Origin: Catajapyx aquilonaris
Lineage: Eukaryota
NCBI GenBank assembly: GCA_000934665.2
Contig: JYFJ02003820.1
Location: 1 to 37,194, forward strand
Direction of reading: 5' to 3'
Length of the DNA: 37,194 nucleotides
Shown here: positions 25,501 to 35,690 of the stretch, in pieces
Position numbering within the stretch: the first letter of the stretch is position 1
Layout: every line of letters starts with the position of its first letter
Made by a program: the position numbers and the translations under genes
Notes under the pieces: model-generated
What the model saw: only the letters and a program-made list of their open reading frames with translations
What the model was told of the DNA's origin: nothing
Database searches by the model: none

Positions 25501-25999
25501 CTTTTGGAATATTCACGAGGAACTTGACCATCTCAGTTCGATCCTTGATGACTGCCACCCCTTGAGGCGTCTTCCTGTCCCCATTCTTGTCTCCAGGATC
25601 TGCCCCCCACTCCAGGAGAAGCCTCCCCACTTGGACGTTCCCGGCCTCCGCCGCCGTGTGCAGAGGGGTGTCCCCCACCTTGGTCTTGGCCATTGGGTGT
25701 GCCCCTTCCTCCAGCAGAAGGCGGCAGACCTGCAGGTGGTTGAACTCTGATGCCTCGTGCAGGGCAGTCCTGTCCTGGTGAGTGGAGGCCAGGTTGACCC
25801 TTGCCCCCCTCTTGACCAGTTCCTCGCACACTGGAATCCAACCACGTCTGGAGGCCACCATCAGTGGGGTCACTCCGTTCCTGCTTCTGCAGTCCACGTC
25901 AGCTCCTTTGTCCAGCAATATCTTGACCAGTGTCAGAGACCCATTTTCTGCAGCGTTGTGTAGGTCTGTCAGGCTCTTGTCTTCTGTTGCTGCTGCCAT
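22523..25999 (-). CDS. Ankyrin repeat - eIF2alpha-kinase-like domain - ankyrin repeat - CaaX protein, copy 2 (exons 25999-25008, 24929-23876, 23819-22797, 22564-22523; ~1036 aa)
   Basis: 78-nt and 56-nt GT-AG introns join the ANK, kinase (LGAGSFG, YAVK, HRDLKPHN, DFG, GVGTRLYCSPEQ) and ANK ORFs in frame. A phase-0 intron 22565-22796 leads to ETKKRSRNPCTLS*. Confidence 0.85.
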
Positions 26000-27610
26000 G
26001 ATTATTCCCTAGTGAAGGCAACATATCCGACTCTTTATGGGCGGCAATTTGCAGTATTGTTGGGCTTCGAAAATATTACTACAGGTGCTATAATGAGAGT
26101 TAGATGTTCGTAAATGTAATTGCTTAAAATAAGCAGGTAGGGTGCCGGAAAATAGCTAACCAACTAGTCGTACATAATGTACATTTCAACCGCGAGTAAA
26201 TGCATCGCACTCCGACATGATGTGTTGGGCACGCATTGTGACATAAGTTGTATTAATACTCACGTTTTAAATGTGAATAATCGGATGGGAAGAATACTGT
26301 TCAGTCTGCTCGAAACCAGGTACATAAGACTTTCTAACACTTCCAGGTAGAAATAAATGCACATAACTCTACGCCACTTCCATATGCTATATCAACAGCA
26401 TTTTATATCGTTACCTTTTTGAGAACCACAAATCGGTACAGGAAATGGCCTTAGCGGAAGGTTGCGGTAGAAGTTTCTCCTGAAGTTAAGCTATGACCTT
26501 GAGTGGTACAAAAAGTAAATAAATAATGCTTACAATGCACAACGCCAGATGTGATGTGCAGACTCAATGTGTTTTGTCCTGATGATTTGTTACTACAGAT
26601 ACAAGCAGCCTGGATGTCAGTTATGTACATTGGACATTTTTGGAACAAAACAAGAATACTCCAATTAACATCTGACATTTTATTCTTCAGTTGTTCTTAC
26701 AACACAATGATGACAATTATTTTAAAGCCGTCTATTGTTTGCGCACTTATGGATCGCGATTTTTTTCCGTTTACATCACGGCATAATCAAGATAAAATGG
26801 TAAAATAAAATTCTTGATCGCAACAATAATATTCAATCACAGGAACTGACAATGCGGAATAATTGAAACTATCGGAGGAAAATTTAGAAAAATTATTTGG
26901 CGTACGCGTCACGGCAACATGATTCGCATTATTACTGCTGATAGATTTTGGTCCTTTCATCAGGAGCACAAAAAATACTCCGCCAAAAAAACCATAAGTA
27001 TACCTCTGAAGAAATAGGCTTTAAAAGTCCCGAAATTGCTTCAAAAAGTTCAAAAACTATCCCAAGAAAGGCTATAAATAGGCATGAAAAGTCGCAAAAG
27101 CCAGAATATAGGCAAATATAGTTATCAAAATCGCGAAATAGGCCAATTTAGACACCGCATTTTCCACATCCTTCATTGTGGCATAAGCAGAAACACATCA
27201 CCTTGCAATTAATACGTCATTTTCATAACTACAACGTCTAAATGTCATTATGTATCTTTAGAGATATACAGTATTTGAGCCTGTGAGTGAGAGTATAAAT
27301 ATAGTCGTATTTGTCTTATACATTCGCATTTATATCTTACTTGCCCCTCTGGGTTTAACAATAAAGTACACAAAAATGCTGCTTACAATGCATTGATGAA
27401 ATAAATGCTGTTACCGTAGTGTTAATTTTAAGAATTGTAGCCCTGCACATTCTCATGCAGGCCTTTCATTTAAATGTTTTCATGAAATAACATGTAATAA
27501 GAGAGATTACTTTTTTTTGTTTCTGTCCTAAAAATCCAAAATTCTTCTCATTATAATATAATTAGAAAGCAATGAGGACAATTAAGTGTCGTGTGTGTAA
27601 GGCACGATAG

Positions 27611-27612
<2 letters not shown>

Positions 27613-27655
<43 letters not shown>
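27613..27655 (+). repeat. (AT)n microsatellite
   Basis: Directly visible. Confidence 0.95.
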
Positions 27656-27656
<1 letters not shown>

Positions 27657-28044
27657 TTTTATGTTATATTCATTTTACATTTGACTAGACGGTATATCTT
27701 TATTTTATTTACATTTTTTGGCATTTTTATTTAAGTACGTAGCCTATTCATTATATTATTTTATGTACTACAGCTTATTATTGTATATGTACAGTACATT
27801 TTATTCCTCGGCATACTGTACGTTTTATTCTGTGTACATTTTATTTTATGTAGGCTACATGTTATTTTGCGGACATTTTATATTTTATATGCATTTTAAT
27901 TTTTTGATCTTATATTCTACGCACATTTGATATTTTATTTACATTTTTTTGTATATGCCTACTTATCAAAAGCATTTTGCATAATTATATGCACGAAATG
28001 TACCACATTCTAACCGCTTCTAACCGCCATTTTCATAACTGCAA

Positions 28045-28420
28045 CAGGGAGCATAATTATCCCTATTAATATAATACTACATAAGAGGCGCAAACTTCTG
28101 TCGGCGCCTTTGATGTTCGCGTCTCTCTGTTTGGGGCCGTTGCCAAGGCTGGCGGCCATTTTGAAGTGTGGGGAACGCCAACGAGGTATAAATAGGGTAC
28201 AGGCAAAAATAGGGTCCGCCATCTTTGATGCGGTTTTGGCGGCCATGGCAACTACACGGCAAGAACACGCGCGAATCAAAGATGGCGGACCCCTATTTTT
28301 GCCTGTACTCTATACCTCGTTGGCGTTGCCCACACTTCAAAATGGCCGCCAGCCGTGGCAGCGCCCGAAACAGAGAGACGCGGAAATCGAATGTTTGCGC
28401 CTCTTATGTTATGCTCCCTG
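28045..28420. mobile_element. Palindromic MITE, second full-length copy
   Basis: Same TIRs and internal sequence as 21261-21633. Left flank actgcaa, right flank acg+actgcaa. Confidence 0.9.
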
Positions 28421-29024
28421 ACGACTGCAACGTCTAAATGTCATTACGTGGCAACGTATTTTAACGGATATTTTTGAATCCGTAAAATCAGCCTATAAAT
28501 AGTCATATTTAGCCTTATATTATTGCTTTTTATCATTCATGCCCCTGCTCTCAGCGCCTCTAGTGTCGACGTCCCACATCGCAACAGACTTTTCAAGACG
28601 TTCGATGCAATAAAAAGAAGTGTGCCTTAATCAAACATGGCCGCTTAGTGACTCGAAAATCTTCGCATCTCCAGTCGTATTTTGGTGATTTCCGGCTCTT
28701 TCGTGCATCTCTGAGGCTTCAGGTGAGTCTGCGCCGATTCCTAGGATGCTGAAGGATATTAAACACGCTGTTCTCAATAGGTTGGTAGGCGGATAGCAGC
28801 ATAGGAGGCGGAAGAAGACGGGGCTTGTTTGGTGGTTCTAGGCTGGGCTTGGTTGTTGGCCCTCAAAACTGGTTCGTACACGTCTGTGAAGAGCTTCAGG
28901 TTGTGCACAGGATGTACTGGTAGACGCTGGCACAACGTACTGACAGGAGGACACTACACGGCAAGTTCTCAATACGCTGCACTGTACGCATAATAGTTAC
29001 ATAATATTTTTCCTTTCAAAGATC

Positions 29025-30488
29025 ATGCCACGGAAAAAGCAGCCGCAGACTCTCCGCCAGATCAGCCTCAGTGCACTGGCCAGCACCGTACTTGAAGCAT
29101 GTACCAGCGACGAACACGACCAGATCAGCCAGTACGTCCGTGACATACCGAAGATGTTTGCAAATGAGTACGTCAACGAGCTGCTGCGGTTGTGCACATT
29201 GCGGACTGATCACTTCAGCATCACCTGCGCTTTCCATCCCGAGTGCACGGAGATAAACAAAAGCCGTATAACGTCATCGCGGCATTGGTATCACCAGTTG
29301 TTGGTCGGTCTTCACGTAATGAGCGAACTGACTGTTCTGAAACCGAATGTCGAAGCATTAAAATTCAAGTGCGATGTTATGCAAGAACTTCCCTTTCCGC
29401 GTCTCAGTAAACTGCGATCGCTTAAACTGGCGCTCAGATCGTACCCGGAGCTCTTACTGCAAGTGGTTGAAAACTGTCCGCGGTTGGAAGAAATACGAGT
29501 CGTTACACGCATGCAGTTTGAGTGGACGCCTCTAGCGCAATGTGTGCATCTGAAAAGAATTTTTGTACGTCCAATACATCCGTTTGATGCCGTGTACTTG
29601 CTGGATCAGCTTCCAAGCCTTGAAATTTTGGAAGTCGATGACATGGCGAAAGTACTGCCACTGTGCGAACATGCATATCCGTTAAAGAGTTTCGTTCGAT
29701 GCCTGAGAGTAAGCAAGTCAGCTTCGGTGCAAAAGCTTGTAAGTCATTTTCCGCATCTACAAGAACTAGACTTGGAGCTATCCGGCGACATTAATCTAAG
29801 CCCGATTAACGAACTGGCTAACCTCAAAGGCTTAACAGTACGACATGGTAATTGCGCGAACCTCGCTTGCCTGATGGACCCCTGCGTACGCCGTCTTTCA
29901 AAATTAGCGTTAACCTATGTTTTTCACATTGATTCACTGTTTAACGAAGACGTCGTGCCGACTCCGCTCGAGACCCTAGGTATTTTGGGATGTACCGGAA
30001 TTAATTTGGCGGCTATAGGCAAGATATTTCCTAAGCTAAAGTCGTTTAATGCACGGGGCGATGAATTCATTGCGCTTCCCCCGTATCAAATGCTTGGTTT
30101 TCATGAAGTTGAGAGCTTGTTCGTAACTAGCAAGCTGCCGAGATGTCATTTGAAAAGCCTGTTGTCGTCCATCAGGAAGCTTAAGTACTTGGACATACTA
30201 AACATATCCGGTGACATGTTCGTCAGCCAATATCTGGCCGAATCGAGACTGAAGTACTTGTGCGAACTGTGCCTACATGACGACAACATGACGAAGGATG
30301 TGATTCCGATTATTCTGGAATCAACCGGCGATGACTTACATAAAGTGCTGTTGTTCGGCAACAACATGGTGTTGTCCCGTAGCGAAATGGATGCGTTATC
30401 CAGCCTCTTGCAGGTTTACGACATACATTTTTTCGTCAGCTGCGGAGAAATGCAGTTCATGCACGATTCACGTCTGGGATTTTACTGA
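29025..30488 (+). CDS. Intronless leucine-rich-repeat protein (487 aa) with a BC-box-like N-terminus; putative Cullin-RING substrate receptor
   Basis: Long ORF with repeated LxxLxL units (LSKLRSLKL, CPRLEEIRV, LPSLEILEV, FPHLQELDL, LANLKGLTV). N-terminal PQTLRQISLSAL. Confidence 0.75.
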   Translation: MPRKKQPQTLRQISLSALASTVLEACTSDEHDQISQYVRDIPKMFANEYVNELLRLCTLRTDHFSITCAFHPECTEINKSRITSSRHWYHQLLVGLHVMSELTVLKPNVEALKFKCDVMQELPFPRLSKLRSLKLALRSYPELLLQVVENCPRLEEIRVVTRMQFEWTPLAQCVHLKRIFVRPIHPFDAVYLLDQLPSLEILEVDDMAKVLPLCEHAYPLKSFVRCLRVSKSASVQKLVSHFPHLQELDLELSGDINLSPINELANLKGLTVRHGNCANLACLMDPCVRRLSKLALTYVFHIDSLFNEDVVPTPLETLGILGCTGINLAAIGKIFPKLKSFNARGDEFIALPPYQMLGFHEVESLFVTSKLPRCHLKSLLSSIRKLKYLDILNISGDMFVSQYLAESRLKYLCELCLHDDNMTKDVIPIILESTGDDLHKVLLFGNNMVLSRSEMDALSSLLQVYDIHFFVSCGEMQFMHDSRLGFY

Positions 30489-31844
30489 GGCCTGTAGATG
30501 CACAACGAACAATTGTATGAAACCACGTGCGGTAAGAATAAAATGCGGCTGCGCTTTGAGTGTATGCTTTTTATTCGGATTAGTTGCTTGGATTACACAA
30601 TCAATTTTCTATCTAGATAGGTCATTACTGGTCCACATCGTTACTATCGCCATGGAAATAGCTGTGTAGTCATTCTTGACTCGCAGGTGGTGGGCTGCTG
30701 TCGGCAGCAGGTTCCTGGCTTGGCTTGGGCCCCATTGGCTTTCCCGGCATCGAAGGCATGCCTGAAGAGCAGCAATTATACGTTGTGGTTAACAAGTAAT
30801 GATTTCAACAAGTCGGTAAAACAAGCCTACAAAATTGAACTAATTAAAACGAAATACCTGGGAATTGTGGTGCTGCGTATGCTGTTGCGACCAGCATCAT
30901 CACCAGCATCATGATGGTCAAAATGGTCAGAGGTGAAGACATTATGTTCGATGTAAGCTGCTTCTGTCAGACGATTGCGGCAGGAAGAACAAGTACCGTG
31001 CATGTCAAGTGCAGGCCTATTTATTTGGCCGTTCAAACTCCTCTGCACTGCGATTGGACCAGGTTGGCACGGATAATTATTCGCCATACTTTATGATCAA
31101 GTGTGCAGCTTTCATATTAATCATATTGCGCTTGATTTTTGTTGTCGCCACTGTCGCATAATTCAGCAACTGTACTGATTTATTAGCTTACGTTACAATC
31201 AAACCTAGAAAAACAAGTACTGTGCAAACATTGCTTGTCAGCTATTAAACGACCTGGTTAGTGATTGATGAACGACTGGCACACTCATTATTTTTAATTA
31301 CATTGGAAATTTAACGTTTAAGTGCCAGCTGGACATGTCGCATGGTGCTGAAATATGAATTTTCGACCTAATTTCATGTAATTTACTGCATGTCGTGCAG
31401 CATTTGCTCTGCAATTAACACAGTAATATTAATAGTTAAAATCTGATTCATTTGTACTAATAGTGATCTTGTTGCCTGACAAAAGTTGAAGCATTTAATA
31501 TATTTCTATGAATATAATATTTTACTGCTAGTTGAGGCTAGGACATCTTATGCGGTGCAATTAACGCAGTAATATTAATTAAGTTAAATTGTAGGTCTAA
31601 AATTCGGGCTAATAAATTCGTATTCCCGCCTTGCCCTAAGTCACGTGATCCCCCCCATTGGAGATGTTGGGCCCACTTTTGAGAGGGAGTGTCTAAGGTA
31701 TTATTATTAATATTATTATTACTATAATAAAACCACTATGAAGGAGCTGATGACCATGATGATTAACCAGTGATTAATTAAAAAAATTAAACCGCCTAAA
31801 AGGTTGCCAGATGGTCCGCCATATTGCAGATCTTCAATTTCAAC

Positions 31845-31950
31845 CCGGCCAATCAGCATCGAGCGGCTTGTGGTAAGTGGAGGCCGCCATCTTGCAGCTC
31901 TGGACCAATCAGAGGCGACACCGGTTTTTCACATTCGAACATGGCGACTT
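31845..31950 (+). promoter_or_regulatory. Probable promoter of the RNF14-like gene (two CCAAT boxes, YY1-like motifs)
   Basis: ggccaatcag and gaccaatcag; gccgccatctt and aacatggcg; GC-rich patch ~160-260 nt upstream of the ATG at 32109. Confidence 0.45.
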
Positions 31951-32108
31951 TTGCAGATTTGGGAAGACTTCCAGGGTAAAGTTTGAGGCCTGGTTTTCAT
32001 CTCGCAGACACGCTGTACTGGCTGGGACACGGGTACATTTTGTGCGGTGCAGTCCGTAGGTACCCAAGAAAGGACCGGCTGAAGCCTCACTGCTGTGGAA
32101 CGCAGACA

Positions 32109-35100
32109 ATGGACCAAGAACCTGCTGATGTGGTAACGGTCGTCATTTGGAGCACCCAAAAAAAATATGAAGCTCTATTTTATTGTGTTTTACATGATAA
32201 TTATTGTAGGATAAAGATCAGCAACTTGCGGAAAATTTGAAGCGGAATAAATACATGTCAAAATGTCTGATCCATGAACTGCTCGTTCTAATCAGATTTT
32301 TTTGGTGAAATTGGTGCTGGATTGGGGGTTATTAAAAATTTAAATTCATTCCAAAACAGAGCTTAACTTATTGATAAATTATTTCTCTTATTATAATAGT
32401 ATTATTATTTTGGTAAGATACTATAAAAATTGAAAGCTGTACAACAGTGCTGATCTGAGAGAGAAATGTTGGAATGTAATGAATTTGCAATTATTTGGTT
32501 CCCAACTTTCAAGCAATACACTAAGAACCTGTAGTTATTTATTTTAATATTATTATGGTTTTGGTAAAATTTTGGTACGTACCGTAAGTTACTAAAAATT
32601 GAAAGCTATAATATATAGCAAAACGGTGCTGAACTGGGAGGTAAATGTCTGAAAATCATGAATTTTGCCAATTTGTTTTCCTAACTCACTTAATGGCGCT
32701 AAGAGCCTGTAGTTATCCGTTATTTATCCCAATTATGATTTTGGTAAGTTACTAAAAAGTTTAAAGCTATAACACATAGCAAAACAGAGCTGATCTGAGA
32801 GAGAGAGAGAGAGAGATGTTGGAATGTCATGAATTTGCAATATTTTTTCTAACGTTGACGAAATGTGTTAAGTACATGTAGTTATTTATCTGCTTCACCG
32901 GCCAGGGTCGGGGGGTAAAACTCAAGCTCCGTAAAACTGGCATTTACGGAGGGATTGGAAAGTACGGAGGGTGGAACTCCGCGATTTTCTGTTTTACGGC
33001 GGCTCCCCCCGTAAATTCGTGCTTTTACCGGGGTAAAAATTTCTACCGCGACTGGTGCACCCGGCCCTCATTATGGTTTTGGTAAATTAACATCCATAAA
33101 CATGGCAATGCCCATGCTAAACAAGTCGCGGACGCCATCACATAACGTATGGTGCGACATTACTTTTGCGGTTAATAGTACAATGATTAAAAAATTGCAA
33201 ATGTGGATTTTTTCACCATATTTTTTTAAAAATGTCAACAAATTTAATTCCTGCCCATTCCCATTTTCTCCAGTTGAAATATTGAAAATTTACACCAACA
33301 AATTGCAGATGCAACCAAATGAGCTTTGTGTTTCTAATAATTGTTATCTGCAATGTCTGCTAAACAATTATTGTACATTGCAACAAACTCGATCCTGTAG
33401 CAGATCCTTATCGTGTGACAAGGGGAAATCGTTGACCGGATCTTTTGCACTTTTCAGATCGATGATCCAACTTGGATTGCCAACAAGGAGGTACAGGCTG
33501 GTGAAATCCTGGCCTTGGAAAGCACGTGTGACCAAGACGAGATCAAGGTGCAGCGGGACTCATTTAGAGTCTGGTTTGTCGGTGATATCCATGCGAAACC
33601 CCAGCTGGACGGTGCTACGATTGAGTTGAAGTGGAGGAAAACCAGAGCGAGAGGTACTTTATTCCGTCATTTACGGATTACATCACGTGCTTTTTAGACA
33701 ATCTGGATTTGCTGTGTTTGGTGCTCCCTGCTATAAGTCGTAAATGCCTCATTAACTAACCGATGTAACTTCCAGGTGAATATGAAGCGGCGAACATCTC
33801 CCACCTGCCTGCGATAACGCTCCACTTCCTGCTGCCTTGCACTTACCCTTCGCACAGCCCACCAGAGTTTCAACTGCGGTGTTGCTGGCTCAGCGAGGTC
33901 CAGGTGAGTATATAAAGAGTCCTGCCATGCGTTCATCCTGAAACTTGCTCTCTAATTTCTCCACGACTAGCTCTCCAAACTGTGCAGACGCATGGATGAG
34001 ATCTGGGCTGAGGATGAGGGTTGCGAAGTCCTGTACAAATGGATGGCATTCTTACGCGAGAAGAGCCTTGAATTCCTCGGGTGCAAGAGTGTCCTGAACC
34101 TGACCGCAATTGTGTTCAGACAATGGCAGAAGAAGTCACATCCTCAGCCGAAACGGACCCAGAAGAAGTCAAATCCACAGTCAAAAAGGACGCAGAATAA
34201 GTCGAAGAAACGTGCTGATCCGAATGTTGATGATCTTGCGAAGATAATCTTCATGCCCCGTCCTCGCAACACTGAACCTGAAGGAGTGCCTTATCTGGAC
34301 AGACGCACCAAGGTGATCCTTCCTCCGTCCGTCGCTGTAGTGGAAAAGCCCTCTCTGTTGCCATACTACCTGATCCACTTCTCCCAGCAAGAAATGCAAT
34401 CCCAGTACGACGCTGCTTTCCAAACGTGCAAAATTTGCATGGACACGAAAAGAGGACGCGAATTCACTGGCATACTGGGATGCGGACATGTTTTTTGCAC
34501 CGAGTGCGTCAGGGAGTACTTAACTGCTCAAATTAGAAGCGGATGTGGACGGGACCTGCTGTGTATGGAGGTAGCCTGCGACTGTGCGGTATCAATTACA
34601 CAGGTACTGTGCGCTTGAACCGCCACAATTTTGTATTCCTAATTTATGGCTATCCAACAGATAAAGGCCTTGGTTGATCCCGAGGTGTTCCAGATGTACG
34701 ACCAGGCTCTTCTGGAGTCATCGCTGGCCTCGATGAGCGATGTGGTCAAGTGTCCGCGGCCGTCTTGCCAGTGCGATACCATCATGGACTCTGACAACAT
34801 GGCTGTATGCAGCAAATGCGGGTTCGCATTTTGTGTGGAGTGCCGTGCAGCCTACCATGGTGTCCAGCCCTGTGCGATGTCAACTCATGAACTACGTAAG
34901 CTGGCCAAGAAGTACGAATCGGCTAGCCCCGATCTGAAGCGAGAGATGGAACGCGAGTACGGACGCAGGCATCTAACCACACTGCTGAGCCAATACCTGT
35001 CGGACGTATGGATGCAGGACAATGCCAAGACCTGCCCCAAGTGCAGGGTCTTCATCGAGAAGTCAGACGGATGCAACATGATGACATGTCACAAGTGTGC

Positions 35101-35353
35101 CGAGCCTTTCTGCTGGTTGTGCGGAATGAGCCTGGACAAGACCAATCCGTACAGTCACTTCTGGCGGAACGATTCCAGCTGCTTTGAAAAGCTGATGCAA
35201 GGCATGGACGTGGGTGGCGATGAAGTGGATCCGGAGCTGGCAGCGGCTCAAGCTGAAGAATGGATGGATGCAGAAGATGAGGAAGTGGATGAAGTGGTAT
35301 GGATGCTGGAGAACCAGATCGGGGCGCTTATCACACTGGAGCGTGAAGGTTAA
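32109..35353 (+). CDS. RNF14: RNF14/ARA54-like RBR E3 ubiquitin ligase, RWD-RING1-IBR-RING2 (exons 32109-32132, 33458-33653, 33776-33903, 33971-34603, 34661-35353; ~557 aa)
   Basis: RWD motifs NKEVQAGEILALES and HLPAITLHFLLPCTYPSHSPPEF; RING1 CKIC...CGHVFCTEC; IBR CPRPSC...CSKC..FCVEC...HGVQPC; RING2 CPKC..IEKSDGCNMMTC..C..FCWLC, NPYSHF. The first micro-exon is less certain. Confidence 0.88.
32395..32890 (+). repeat. Diverged tandem repeat, ~3 units of 150-185 bp, in RNF14 intron 1
   Basis: Recurring ttttggtaag..actaaaaattgaaagcta..gtgctgatctgagag..atgttggaatg..atgaattt..cctgtagttat. Confidence 0.75.
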
Positions 35354-35369
35354 TTTATTAAGTGCGCCA

Positions 35370-35690
35370 TCTTCATTTTCTTTATGGTTTTGTTTAATAT
35401 CCGGACTAGTCATTTCTGGACATTTTTTTTATTTTTCTAAAAGCGGATGAGTCCAGAAGTTATATGTCGAGTATTGTTTAATATCCAGACTAGTCATGTC
35501 TGGACATTTTATTTACGGAAAGTTGATGAGTCCAGAAGCTATGGTTTATTCAGACAAGTCATTATTTTCACATTTCTGATTAGCATTTTTTTTTTTTTAC
35601 AGGAAGTCGATGAGCCCATAAGTTACGTCCGGTATTGTTTATTATTCATACTAGTGATTAATTTACACATATCTGGACATTTTTTTTACA
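35370..35690 (+). repeat. Degenerate tandem repeat downstream of RNF14
   Basis: Recurring gatgagtccagaag and tttaatatcc(a/g)gactagtcat..ctggacatttt units. Confidence 0.6.

Noticed and set aside
30905..31100. Possible C/D-box snoRNA near atgatg...tgaagac
   Set aside because: No canonical RUGAUGA/CUGA pair with a terminal stem.
32903..33068. GC-rich patch with short imperfect inverted ends (agggtcggg / cccggccct)
   Set aside because: Probably a small transposon relic, but single copy here and no TSD found.
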